From UHGV virus genome UHGV-1601690: 24,689 bases of DNA. The stretch is one strand, 5' to 3'. The stretch's first letter is position 1; every line of letters begins with the position of its first letter. The position numbers and the translations under genes were made by a program. Under the pieces are notes generated by a model that saw only the letters and a list, made by a program, of their open reading frames with translations, had not been told where the DNA came from and made no database searches. This document shows, piece after piece, positions 1 to 11,595 of the stretch. This DNA is from a virus.

Positions 1-220
1 TTATCTATGATGATCTGCTCCCATTCTTCGAATGCCCGGTCGCGGACGCCCTGGGGAACACTGTTAGTTTTGAAATCGACGACCGTCCGCCATTTTCCGT
101 CAGGACGGTACATGCGCAGAGCTTTACTTCCCCCTTCCCTGCGCACCTCAACGTTATGCTTATCAGCAAACTCTTGCAATGCTCGTAGCGTCCCATGCTT
201 TACTGTGTAGTATCGCTTCT

Positions 221-661
221 TCAAGTTTTCTCTCCAGCCTGTGCCAAGGCTTCAACTTCCAAATCGTAAGACTCAAACTCATAGTCCTGGTCGTCAACCT
301 CTTCAGGCACTGGCAGTAAATGCCAGGCTGAGTATATCTGGCCATTATCAAAACGCTCCTGGCTGTAGAGCGTCGCGGCTATGAGTGTTAGCGCCGGGCG
401 GTCATAACGGTAAAATTTGCGAACGTCACGGTCAACGAGACGACCGAAATTACCATAACCGCGCTCCAGTAATAATTTTTTAATTTCCGGCCAGTATGGG
501 CCATAGCTGCGGTACAGGCGGGGATTTTTCAGTAATCGCCCGCGTAGCCCTGACAGGAAGAAATCAACGTATTCGTCTTCTGTCTTTCCTAACAACGCTG
601 TACGGAGTACCGCCTCAAGATATGTTTTATTCGGTTTTATTGTATCAGATAGTGTGGCCAT
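221..661 (-). CDS. Hypothetical 146-aa protein immediately downstream of darB; by position this is the P1 ulx slot (Dar accessory protein)
   Basis: ORF in the six-frame track with ATG at 659-661; sits 33 nt downstream of the darB stop on the same strand, with a CGCCCGG/CCGGGCG stem-loop (671-688) in the spacer. Assignment is by synteny only. Confidence 0.55.
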   Translation of the reverse strand: MATLSDTIKPNKTYLEAVLRTALLGKTEDEYVDFFLSGLRGRLLKNPRLYRSYGPYWPEIKKLLLERGYGNFGRLVDRDVRKFYRYDRPALTLIAATLYSQERFDNGQIYSAWHLLPVPEEVDDQDYEFESYDLEVEALAQAGEKT

Positions 662-694
662 ATTATGCGACGCCCGGCGAACCGGGCGCTCCTG

Positions 695-3600
695 TTATGC
701 GTATTGTTGGATGACGGCCAGAACGTCCGCCACGTTGTGTTTTGTCTCGATAATCCACCAGTTGCCCGGGAAATCGCTGTTCTTCGCCTTCGCTGGCAGC
801 CAGCGAGCGCCGAATTTCGCCTTGATTGCGTCTTTCGCACGGAAAAGAACGCCTTTCATGCCTGAGGCTTCCTGAAGCCCAAATACCTCGCCAGCGGCGA
901 ATTTTGGTGCGTACATCATCTTCAGGTCGGCGGTGGATACGCGATAATTCAGACCAAGAGACTGAGCTATGCTGGTGGCATCACCCTGTATTGATGATAA
1001 CTCTTCTTGTTTCTCGTTTCTGGCGGCAATTTCTTCCTCCGTGATGTTGCCAAGGGCCAGGTTTATCCGATCAGCGTCGGCCTGTTTCTCTTCATCGGTG
1101 CGCCCGGCAAGAACCGTGTTAATTCTCTGCAATATCTCCACATGATTCTTGCGCATGCTGAGCAATTCCGGCGTAACCTCGTTAAGATCCACCAGCCCAA
1201 GGATGGCAAGGTCGGAAAACATTGATACCAGGTTGTAGGTCATGCGATAGCTGAGTTGGCCATAGGCTGATGGCAACTGCACCGCATCCATTTGATAGGC
1301 ATCCATAAATTTAGAGCCGTCGTTTACGACATCCGCAATTGCAGGTGTGATTTTCCCTGTGGTGGCGGCCTCCCTGATTGCTGTTACCCACGATTGAGTC
1401 AGTGCGGCGACTGCATGATTCAGATTGGCTTCCCGTTCTGCTGCGATGCGCGCGCTTGCTGCGTCCATTGCCTGCTTGATCTCGGCTTTATTGCTGTAAA
1501 TGCCAATGGTGCCAAACTGTGCTGTGGTGATCTCATAATCTGACGCCCGGAACTCATGGGTACCGAAAATGGCATTGGTGACCTCAAGTTCAGAATCCCC
1601 GTTACGAGTAGCCCCCTGGCTTGTTTTCTCCGGCATTTTTGCGATCGCATCCGCTATTTTCTCCTGAATTGCTTCAGGGGATAGCGTATCTCCGTATGAC
1701 GCGATTACATCGCCATAATTGGAGCCAAACAATTCAACCAGGAATGTTTCTGCCGAACGGATCTGGCGGTTATTCCCTTCCGACATCATACCAAGCACCC
1801 ATTTTGCAATTGACGACTTCAGCGCGCCGTCACGGCGATCCGGGTAAACCGCATGCTTCAGTGGGTCCGTATAGGTACCAACAAAATCAATGCTATAGCC
1901 TGACTCTGTAGTCTGAACGCCGTATGAGTCAGTGATTTTGATCATGCCGCGCTGCTGGAAACGGTAGAAATCGTCACAGGAAATGATGTCGTTAATCCCG
2001 GCGATGGAGACGCCACCACTGATTTTCTGCATAACAGCATCTTCATCGGGAGTTACATCCACCTGTTTATCCAGCGTCTTCACATCCCAGTTACCCGATT
2101 TGGTGCCTTTGAAGGTAAAGATGATCTCCACATCTGCGCGCTGGCTGTCGAAGTCCAGCGACTTAATGCGAACGATATCACCAGCACAATCATAGTATTG
2201 GCCTACACGCCATGAGCGATCGCCGATAACAAGGAACTCACTCGCATGGTTAACCAGGTCAGGATCAACATCCAGAATGCCTTTATTTATTGCATCCTCC
2301 ACCAGCGGGCGCAGGCGTTTGATATCCGTCGCGGCCTTCTGAGTACGGTTCAATAATTTCTCATAGCGGGAGATGGCTTGAGTGATATTAGCCTTGCGCT
2401 GAATGGCGCTTTTCAACGACGCGCGATACTGTGCTAACAACGTACGGTCTGTGTGATGGACGCTACCCCAGCGGGCCTTCCAGTCTGCATTATCAGCTGC
2501 TTTGGCCATTACCGCCTGTTTGAATTTAGCTACCTCGGCGGTGGTCTTTTCAAGTTCCGCTTTACTTCGCTCTAATTCAGCGGTAAGAGCCGCAACATCC
2601 TCGCCAGCTGCATGTTGCGCCTTGATGTAGTTCTGAAGGTCGATAGCGGCCTGTTCTTTCTGGCGGGCGCGTTGCACGGCTTTCGCCTTATCCATTTGAA
2701 CCTGCATCATTGCCAGACGTTCGCCATCATCCTTAGCGGTATACATCTGCATTTCGATCATATCGTTGGCGTCGGCGTTCTCCATTTCTGACTTATCTGA
2801 ACGGAGGATATCGGAGATCCAGCCTGCTTTACGCTTCAGCGTCTTCAGTCGGTATTCATCGAAAGAACCCTTGCCGCAGTAGTAGTGAACGCGAACGCTT
2901 GCACGGTTGGAGCCAACTCGGGCACCGCGACCGTTTCGTTGCGCAATACTGGCTGGAGTCCATGGCAACGTCAGATGATGGATGTCAGTCGTTCCTCGAT
3001 GCAGGTTGATTCCCACCTCTGCCTTTTTGTTGCAGATGATGATCGGAGTCCGGCCCTCCTGGAAGTCGGCTGCAATCTTTTCCAGACCGCCCAACGACAT
3101 TTCATTTTGCTGCGCGATATAGGCGTCATACAGAGCCATTTGCTCGTTGTATTTCGCTATCTGTGCATCTGTTGGTTCATCCGGTAACTCTTTCGGCGGT
3201 TTAACCGCTTTCAGTTTCTTACCGGTTTTACCTGCCTCGGCAACCGTCTGAGCATTCAGTATCCCCACCTTTGAAGGTTCAAGGTTAAGAGCATTGCAGA
3301 TAATGCGCTTGAGCTTCTGGTGCTGCGTTTTTTCATCGGTGAAGATGATTTGCTTACCTTCCGGGAAAAACTCCTTCAGCGTGGCAATCAGCTTCGCGTA
3401 TTTGGGCGTAACGGGGTGAGTTACGGTCTGTTCGTCAATGCCAAACCTGGCCAGGCGCTTATTCACTTCCTGCTCGAACGCTTCCGGAACCTGCAACTGA
3501 ATAAACTCGCCCTTATCTATCAGGGAGTATTGCGATTGCTGCGTGATTGAATCATCACTGTCGTCGTCTTCGCTGGTGGCTTGTTTAGGCAAACTGTCCG

Positions 3601-6600
3601 CCAGCTGCTGCACCGCATCGGCGTACTCCGGCAGGAAACGATAGGTGATCCGGCGATAGTACAGGTCCATGTCAGTACATACGCGGTCCATATCCCTGAT
3701 TATTGAGAAGATCGGACGGGCTTTCTCGTGCTCAATCACGCCGTCTTCATTGACCGAGGTCGTTACGCCATTGTTGGCTTTGGCCGCCGCTTCCGCCTGC
3801 TGACGCAATTCTTCATACGCCGCCAGTTGTTCTTCAGTAAGTGGTGCATCCTGCTGGTGTTCGTCCAGCTCCGGGATCTCCACGGTATCCTTAACGTCTT
3901 CCGCCGTTTTAAGCGTTACCCAGCGATGGAATATACCGCGCAGCGCATCAAGGTTTTCAAAGCCCACCAGCGCCATTTTTTCTTCAACTTCACCGCTAAT
4001 TTTCTGTACCGTTTCCAGCCTGGTCTTGCCGAAGAATTTAACGAAGTCATCAGGACCGTAGATCCCCATGTTCTGCCAGTATTCCTTCGGCAGAACATGA
4101 GAAAGCATGTTGTATGCATCGATCGGGGTGTTAACGACTGGCGTTGCAGTCAGGAGAACCGGCCCGCGCCCACCATTCTTTTTCATCAGGTACGCGTTTT
4201 TAATTGCCATATCTCGCGCCGATTGCGCCACCGCGCTGGTGGGCAGATAGGCCAGTTGTGACGCTTCGCGACCATTTTTATAGCTATTGCGGTAGTTGTG
4301 ACCTTCGTCAGCGATCACACTATCGAAGCCCATATCCTCAAAGTACGGATACTTCTCTGCTTTTTCGGTGCCGGTATCTGAATACTCCGACAATACCCGG
4401 CGACGCGCGGCCTCTTTGCGGTGGGAGTCGGAGTCCATTGCGCTGGCTACGCGTCCAGCGGCAACGAAGTCATAAAGCATATCCTGTGCATGCTCATCTA
4501 CGGTGTCATCACGTAGCGGAATGCGGGCGTATTGTTCTTTGGTAAACACGACTGCACGGTAATTTGAGTGCGGGATCGCGTTCATCCGCGCCGTGATAGT
4601 GGCTTCATCTGCCAGCTTAAGAGCATCGCGCATAACTGGAGTGCCATCAGTACCAAGAACAGGTTTACCGTTCTCATCGAGCACCTGCACCTGGCGAATC
4701 TGATCGCCATCCATCAGCACATCAAGACCGACGAACAGGTAGTTACTGAATGCCTCTTCACTCAGGAATTCTTTTGCTTCGTAATACCAGTTTTCCAGCA
4801 CTGATTTAGGCACTACATACGCAGTACGGGTGGAGCGACCGTTCTCATAGTTGAACGCCTCAAGCGCCAGCGCGGTCGTGGTTTTACCCAGCCCGGTGCC
4901 GAAGCCCAGGATGCCGCGCCCATCTTCGGACAGTCGGCGCACCTCGCTATTCTGGTAATCAAATGGCTGGCGCTTACCGCTTAATCCCTTCAACCCAAGC
5001 GGATCGCCAGAGTGTTCATACGGGATATTGCTATTGAACACATCGTTGTATTTGGCAACCAGCTCATCGTAGCGATCGTGCGTCTTGATCCACTTATTGA
5101 ACTGGTCCTCAAGCAGTGCCATCTGCTCGCGGTAGCCGTTCGCCGTCGCGCTATCTTTGCCACCGATACGCGCACCATTGAGATACTTTTCCAGCTGTGC
5201 CGGGAACCCGGTCGCGTTTTCACCTGATTTACGGTCCCACTCGTAGCGAATCTCACCTGTTTCTTTATCCTTGCGCTGGACGACACCGTATCGGTGCCCG
5301 ACGAACAGACCATCACCACCGTGATAGGTGTCAGAAACCATTTCGTCGCCTTCCAGCTGCACTGACTGCACATAGCGCAGATCCGGATAGCCGTTTTCCT
5401 GCAAAAATTCCAGAATGACGGAACGGTCGAACCAACGGCTATTGAGCTTAAACCGGATATTCTCTGCTGGCGTCTTGATGCGCTTCTCTTCGATAGCTGC
5501 CAGCTGATTAAGGACGTTGTTCTTTACTGGACCGTCGGGGAGTGTGGCGAGGAATTCCTGTTTTGGAGCCACTATCTCGTTAATGTCGCCGCTGGTGGCG
5601 CGGGCGAACGGAACAATCCCGCCATACGGTGAAACCGCAATACCAGGGGTGCTGGCCAATAAATTAAGCAACTCTTCATCACTGGCTGGCAGTTCGCCGG
5701 TAAACGCAAGGCGGAAATCATCGAGCTGGATTGGATCGCGGGTGAGATCGCTATAGAGATAACGCAGGGTGTCCTGATAGCTGGTGGAGTCATAACTTGC
5801 GCTGGAATCATGCGTAACCAGCTTCCCTGTCAGCTCGTCAGAAATAGTGCCATCCAGCTTAATTGCACCACGGAAAGCAAACCAGGCGCGCGCACCGCTC
5901 CCCGACAATTTCGCTATCGGACCGCGACCGGGGTTACCAAAACGGTCAATCTCTGCCTGCAAACGGGATACCAGAGAAAGGCGCTGCTGTTCGATTTGTT
6001 CAGCACTATGCCCGGCGGCCTTCATGTCCTGATATTCAATTAACATCCGGCCAATCATCGCCCCGCGATACAAGCGTTCACGGTATTTTTCAGGCTGGCT
6101 GTTAATCCAGTCCACCAGCTGCACCATATCGTCGCTGATTGATGTGGTGTACTTATCGCGGACATTTGCCATCTGGGTAAATGTCATGCCGAGACGGCCT
6201 TCTGTTGTAGTCAGGTTACGCTGAAGAGCCTCCCAGCTATCCGCGCCATAACTGGCAGCATCGATCTTAAGTTCCTTCCCGGCATCAGCTTCAATCCAGC
6301 GACCACCAGCATATTTTTGCCATACGCCATTAATCAGGCGCATTTCCCCTTCACCAACAACGTCTGCGGTCGGTGACGGTTCAGCCATATCGAGCAAAGA
6401 CCAGTCGATACGGCTTTCGAAACGATGAATCAGCTTCGCTTTAAGAGCCTGGTTATCAATCTGACCGTCGGCACGAACCTCAATACGCCCCTGGAAGCCC
6501 TTTTCCTGGGTGCCATGAACAAACCGGCGGCCGTCCTTTTCAAACCACTTGCCAGAAATAAACGTTGGCCAAAGCACATTTGCCGATTCGAGAGTGCTTT

Positions 6601-7462
6601 CATCCACCAGGGGGATTTTCTCAGCCATCTCTGCCGGATGTTTGCGCATCAGCACCACATCAACAACTGTACTGGTCCCGTTTGCGTCAAAAGTACCGGT
6701 AGGCAAGCGGTGGGCACCAAGAAATTCAGCTTTCCGTGATAGGCGCAGGCGTAACCGCTTCATGTTTGAACCTGAAACAATGGACGGCGGCACAATCACG
6801 CACATGAATCCGCCTGGCTTTATCTTGTCCAGCATGCGGAGCATGAAGTAAGAACCCATGTCCGTTTCTTCTGCGTAAGGCTTATCGATGTTGCGTGTGT
6901 TATCACGACCACCGAACGGAACGTTACCCACAACATGGTCGAATGAATCGTTAGGCGTGCTTACAGCCAGTTGTTCGAACGGAGAAATCTGTACGCTGTC
7001 TTCCGGGTGCAACAGCTGGTTTATACGACCGGAAACACTGCTGATCTCAGTCGCGGTCATCACCGTACCAACCGGTTTTGTCTCATTAAAAACGCCGGTT
7101 CCCGCCGATGGTTCCAGAGTGTTACCTACGTCCGCGCCGTAGAGCTTCATGATCTCCCAGACACCTTCAGCGATCGGCTTTGGTGTGTAATATTCGGAGA
7201 CGGACCCGCCAATGCCGCCTTCACCGGTGTACCCAGCCAGGATCTGGCGCTGTTCATCTGTCAGTGTCGCGCCGTCCACCAGCGAATTAAGCAAATCTAT
7301 CGCCTTCTGATTCGCCTCACGGCGCAGTCGGTCATAGCTTTTGCCTTCCACCTTTTCCACGCCGTATTTAATCGGCGCTCGGTGAGATGTTATTGCCCTA
7401 ATGTATTTCAATATTTCGCTGACACTTGAACAGCGAAACACCCCCATATATAGCTTGTTCAT
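695..7462 (-). CDS. darB: DarB-type giant anti-restriction protein: N-terminal N6-adenine methyltransferase domain fused to an SF2 helicase
   Basis: Single 2255-aa ORF, the length I recall for P1 DarB. ATG at 7460-7462 preceded by AAGGA. Methyltransferase motif I EPSAGTG (about 7090-7120) and motif IV GNVPF (6914-6928). Helicase motif I GFGTGLGKTT (4877-4906), motif II DEGH (4298-4309), plus TATP and QRNGRGAR motifs further on. Confidence 0.9.
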   Translation of the reverse strand: MNKLYMGVFRCSSVSEILKYIRAITSHRAPIKYGVEKVEGKSYDRLRREANQKAIDLLNSLVDGATLTDEQRQILAGYTGEGGIGGSVSEYYTPKPIAEGVWEIMKLYGADVGNTLEPSAGTGVFNETKPVGTVMTATEISSVSGRINQLLHPEDSVQISPFEQLAVSTPNDSFDHVVGNVPFGGRDNTRNIDKPYAEETDMGSYFMLRMLDKIKPGGFMCVIVPPSIVSGSNMKRLRLRLSRKAEFLGAHRLPTGTFDANGTSTVVDVVLMRKHPAEMAEKIPLVDESTLESANVLWPTFISGKWFEKDGRRFVHGTQEKGFQGRIEVRADGQIDNQALKAKLIHRFESRIDWSLLDMAEPSPTADVVGEGEMRLINGVWQKYAGGRWIEADAGKELKIDAASYGADSWEALQRNLTTTEGRLGMTFTQMANVRDKYTTSISDDMVQLVDWINSQPEKYRERLYRGAMIGRMLIEYQDMKAAGHSAEQIEQQRLSLVSRLQAEIDRFGNPGRGPIAKLSGSGARAWFAFRGAIKLDGTISDELTGKLVTHDSSASYDSTSYQDTLRYLYSDLTRDPIQLDDFRLAFTGELPASDEELLNLLASTPGIAVSPYGGIVPFARATSGDINEIVAPKQEFLATLPDGPVKNNVLNQLAAIEEKRIKTPAENIRFKLNSRWFDRSVILEFLQENGYPDLRYVQSVQLEGDEMVSDTYHGGDGLFVGHRYGVVQRKDKETGEIRYEWDRKSGENATGFPAQLEKYLNGARIGGKDSATANGYREQMALLEDQFNKWIKTHDRYDELVAKYNDVFNSNIPYEHSGDPLGLKGLSGKRQPFDYQNSEVRRLSEDGRGILGFGTGLGKTTTALALEAFNYENGRSTRTAYVVPKSVLENWYYEAKEFLSEEAFSNYLFVGLDVLMDGDQIRQVQVLDENGKPVLGTDGTPVMRDALKLADEATITARMNAIPHSNYRAVVFTKEQYARIPLRDDTVDEHAQDMLYDFVAAGRVASAMDSDSHRKEAARRRVLSEYSDTGTEKAEKYPYFEDMGFDSVIADEGHNYRNSYKNGREASQLAYLPTSAVAQSARDMAIKNAYLMKKNGGRGPVLLTATPVVNTPIDAYNMLSHVLPKEYWQNMGIYGPDDFVKFFGKTRLETVQKISGEVEEKMALVGFENLDALRGIFHRWVTLKTAEDVKDTVEIPELDEHQQDAPLTEEQLAAYEELRQQAEAAAKANNGVTTSVNEDGVIEHEKARPIFSIIRDMDRVCTDMDLYYRRITYRFLPEYADAVQQLADSLPKQATSEDDDSDDSITQQSQYSLIDKGEFIQLQVPEAFEQEVNKRLARFGIDEQTVTHPVTPKYAKLIATLKEFFPEGKQIIFTDEKTQHQKLKRIICNALNLEPSKVGILNAQTVAEAGKTGKKLKAVKPPKELPDEPTDAQIAKYNEQMALYDAYIAQQNEMSLGGLEKIAADFQEGRTPIIICNKKAEVGINLHRGTTDIHHLTLPWTPASIAQRNGRGARVGSNRASVRVHYYCGKGSFDEYRLKTLKRKAGWISDILRSDKSEMENADANDMIEMQMYTAKDDGERLAMMQVQMDKAKAVQRARQKEQAAIDLQNYIKAQHAAGEDVAALTAELERSKAELEKTTAEVAKFKQAVMAKAADNADWKARWGSVHHTDRTLLAQYRASLKSAIQRKANITQAISRYEKLLNRTQKAATDIKRLRPLVEDAINKGILDVDPDLVNHASEFLVIGDRSWRVGQYYDCAGDIVRIKSLDFDSQRADVEIIFTFKGTKSGNWDVKTLDKQVDVTPDEDAVMQKISGGVSIAGINDIISCDDFYRFQQRGMIKITDSYGVQTTESGYSIDFVGTYTDPLKHAVYPDRRDGALKSSIAKWVLGMMSEGNNRQIRSAETFLVELFGSNYGDVIASYGDTLSPEAIQEKIADAIAKMPEKTSQGATRNGDSELEVTNAIFGTHEFRASDYEITTAQFGTIGIYSNKAEIKQAMDAASARIAAEREANLNHAVAALTQSWVTAIREAATTGKITPAIADVVNDGSKFMDAYQMDAVQLPSAYGQLSYRMTYNLVSMFSDLAILGLVDLNEVTPELLSMRKNHVEILQRINTVLAGRTDEEKQADADRINLALGNITEEEIAARNEKQEELSSIQGDATSIAQSLGLNYRVSTADLKMMYAPKFAAGEVFGLQEASGMKGVLFRAKDAIKAKFGARWLPAKAKNSDFPGNWWIIETKHNVADVLAVIQQYA

Positions 7463-7473
7463 TGGTAATCCTT

Positions 7474-7490
7474 AACAAGTGACTAGTGTT
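7474..7490. promoter_or_regulatory. Near-palindromic element AACAAGTGACTAGTGTT in the divergent darB/prt intergenic region; candidate late-promoter element
   Basis: The 9-mer AACAAGTGA recurs about 100 nt upstream of lyz (minus strand, 12498-12506). In both places it is followed about 7 nt later by a TANNNT-like hexamer. Confidence 0.3.
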
Positions 7491-7529
7491 AAATTTCCGT
7501 TCAAACACGATGCGAATTATTCTAATTAA

Positions 7530-9260
<1,731 letters not shown>

Positions 9261-10528
9261 ACGGCAAACATTCCCAATTCACAGAGTCCGACCTAAACCA
9301 CATGAAGCGGCTTAGGAATTACAGACTCTCCAAGGGCTAACACTGCCAGCCCGGCAGCTTTTATATTACGGGCCGCGTTAATATCACGATCATGCTCTGC
9401 GCCACATTCCGGGCAGTGCCATTTACGAATATTAAGAGGCATTTTTTGCATGGTGAAGCCGCAACTGCTGCAACGTTTGGAAGAAGGGAAATACTGGTCG
9501 ATAGCGACAATGCTACGTCCACCCCATTCTCCTTTGTACTGGAGTTGGCGTACAAGTTCGCTCCAGCCTGTGTCAGCTATTGCTTTAGACAGCTTCGGGT
9601 TACGGATCATGTTTTTCACTTTAAGGGATTCAACGCAAACAACTTGGTTTTCGTTAATCAGTTTGCGGGACAACTTATGCAGGTTATCCATCCGACAATC
9701 GACTATTCTCGCGTGGAGGCGGGCAACCTTTAAACGTGCTTTGGCGCGGTTCTTTGAGCCTTTTTGTTTCTTGCTCAATCTGCGCTGTAACACTGCTAAT
9801 CGCTTCGCGTATTTAGCGTTGTGTCGAGGATTGCCAGTTTTAAAACCGGTATCGGTGACGAACAAATCTTTTAAACCAATATCAATGCCGACCGTGGAAA
9901 CGGTGATCGGCAGTGATACAGGCTCAAACTCGCAGAGACAGGATACAAAATATCGTCCGGCAGCATCCCTGGTGATAGTGACAGTGGATGGAGCAGACGG
10001 CAACGGACGGCTCCAGCGAACATCTAACGGCTCTTTGCCATGTACAGCTTGCCGTCACGGTATTTAAATGCGCTGGCAGTTAGTTCTGCGGCCTGTTTAT
10101 GCCGCTTGCTCTTAAAAACTGGGTATGCAGCACGCCCGGCGAAAAAGTTAGCAAAAGCCGTTTGTTGGTGGCGCAGAGACTGCTGGAGGGGGACGCAGGA
10201 AACGTCATTCAGCCAGGCGAATTCTGGTTCTTTTTTCAGTGCCGTTAATTTGGCGCTGGCTTGTGCATAGCCGACCCTCTCATGGCGTGCGTAGTACGCA
10301 TCGGTGCGCCAGCGAAGGAGGCTGTTATAGACAAAACGCACACACCCAAAAGTCCGGGCTAATAGCTCGGTTTGTTCGGGAGTTGGATAGAATCGATATT
10401 TATAGGCACGCTTCATGTTCTATATAATACATTGAAACTAATGAGTATATAAATGAATACACGGACGAAAATGTTATCAAAGCCAATATACCAACAGACA
10501 TTAGGTAAGGTAGCTGGAGGGCAATATA
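9261..10528 (-). mobile_element. tnpB-only IS200/IS605-family insertion between prt and pro (ends not determined; coordinates are the surrounding intergenic limits)
   Basis: No Y1 tnpA-sized ORF on either side. Only 32 nt separate the convergent prt and tnpB stops, so the right end must abut or overlap the prt 3' end. Confidence 0.5.
9293..10416 (-). pseudogene. tnpB: tnpB (IS200/IS605-family OrfB, RNA-guided nuclease family), split by a frameshift
   Basis: N-terminal fragment 10024-10416 (MKRAYKYRFYPTPEQTELL...) and C-terminal fragment 9293-10003 (RuvC-like region and CxxC...CxxC zinc finger, KRCSSCG...HCPECG) lie in different frames. The C-terminal frame is open upstream and reads PLDVRWSRPLPSAPSTVT, continuous with the N-terminal fragment if one base is restored near 10027-10033. 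Confidence 0.85.
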
Positions 10529-11548
10529 ATGACTGATGTTTTGAAAACGGTCACTGACCGCTTTTGTCTCTATAGCAATGCTCGAAAAGGTCGCCAGAAC
10601 GGGCGACAGTATGTATTAAGCGCGGTTAAGACCATGCTTGAAAGCAAGGAAACTCAGGAAGGTTTACGCCTTGGAGAGCTTTTCGGCTATTACGGTCACG
10701 GTCGCCGACAGCTGACCGGCAAACTGGAAGTACCAGAAACCAGCGTAATCATGGTGGAAGGTCGCCCGGTCATAATCGACAATGTTCCAGCGTGCCGAAC
10801 AGTGGCTATATCTGTTGACGACAACGGCATCGTTACCCATACACAGGAAATTCTTAATACAGAGCCGGGGAAAATCGTCGCCGCGATGATCGAAAGCCGT
10901 GCTGGTGGCTGGAGCTGGGCCACTGGCGGGCGCGAGTCCGGGAAAATCGCTGTAACCACCAGCTTCCATGGTGTGGATTATGTGACAACGCCGAACTATA
11001 TAAGTCTGGATCATCCTGCCAGCGCCGGAATGTTTGAAAGCGCGGATTCTAAATCTTTACTGGCAGAGTCCCTGGCGGCGCATGGGTACTCCGACGAGTC
11101 AGTGCAGGCCGTTATATCCCATTACGGCAAAATGGCTGAACTGGAAATGATGGTGGAGGCGACAGAGCGTACGGCAGAACTGGAGACCGCACTACTCGAA
11201 AGCCAGGGCCGCCACCTCGAAGCAATGGCCAAGATCGCAGATGCTGAAGCGCGAATTGCTTTGCTGGAGGAAACAGCGGGTATCCGCGACGATGTGCTGG
11301 CAGCAATGCAAGACGAACTGGATAACCTCCCGATCTTCGTCTCCGCCGCCCAAAAAGACGCATTCCGCCTCAAAGAACCTGGTGATGCAAAAATCGTTGC
11401 CACACTTTTCGAATCTCTGATCAAAGTTGGCGCGCGCAACTTGCCTGTCACTAAGAAAATTAAAGAGGTTCCGCAAGCGGCTAACGTCCAGGCACCGCGT
11501 GAGACAAGCATCATCACGTTTAATAATTCAATCAATCCGTTCAAATAA
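10529..11548 (+). CDS. pro: Putative prohead protease/scaffold (P1 Pro position)
   Basis: 339-aa ORF, ATG preceded by GGAGGG. C-terminal third is coiled-coil-like (AELEMMVEATERTAELETALLES...). Assignment by synteny. Confidence 0.55.
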   Translation: MTDVLKTVTDRFCLYSNARKGRQNGRQYVLSAVKTMLESKETQEGLRLGELFGYYGHGRRQLTGKLEVPETSVIMVEGRPVIIDNVPACRTVAISVDDNGIVTHTQEILNTEPGKIVAAMIESRAGGWSWATGGRESGKIAVTTSFHGVDYVTTPNYISLDHPASAGMFESADSKSLLAESLAAHGYSDESVQAVISHYGKMAELEMMVEATERTAELETALLESQGRHLEAMAKIADAEARIALLEETAGIRDDVLAAMQDELDNLPIFVSAAQKDAFRLKEPGDAKIVATLFESLIKVGARNLPVTKKIKEVPQAANVQAPRETSIITFNNSINPFK

Positions 11549-11561
11549 CCACCAAAAATAA

Positions 11562-11587
11562 CCCCGGCGGCTGCCGGGGTTCTCGTT
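11562..11587. terminator. Bidirectional rho-independent terminator between pro and the lyz-side genes
   Basis: Stem CCCCGGC / loop GGCT / stem GCCGGGG (11562-11579), followed by TTCTCGTT on the plus strand and by TTATTTTTGG on the minus strand. Confidence 0.6.
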
Positions 11588-11595
11588 AACTATTA

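Noticed and set aside
1-220. 63-aa minus ORF (5-196) or 67-aa plus ORF (7-210) as the P1 lxc homologue
   Set aside because: Both translations are Cys/Ser/Arg-rich and overlap each other; neither has a convincing start context, and I cannot recall the Lxc sequence to confirm. Left unannotated.
661-697. Stem-loop CGCCCGG-CGAA-CCGGGCG between darB and the downstream gene, as a terminator
   Set aside because: No U-tract follows on the transcribed strand, and the downstream gene starts immediately; more likely an intra-operon RNA structure than a terminator.
3728-4261. Plus-strand ORFs inside darB (this 177-aa ORF, and similarly 6971-7429, 6425-6739 and others)
   Set aside because: They are antisense shadow ORFs inside a well-supported 2255-aa gene, with low-complexity Arg/Cys-rich translations and no ribosome-binding sites.
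9450-10067. 205-aa plus-strand ORF antisense to tnpB
   Set aside because: Lies entirely within the tnpB coding region on the opposite strand; composition is typical of an antisense frame.
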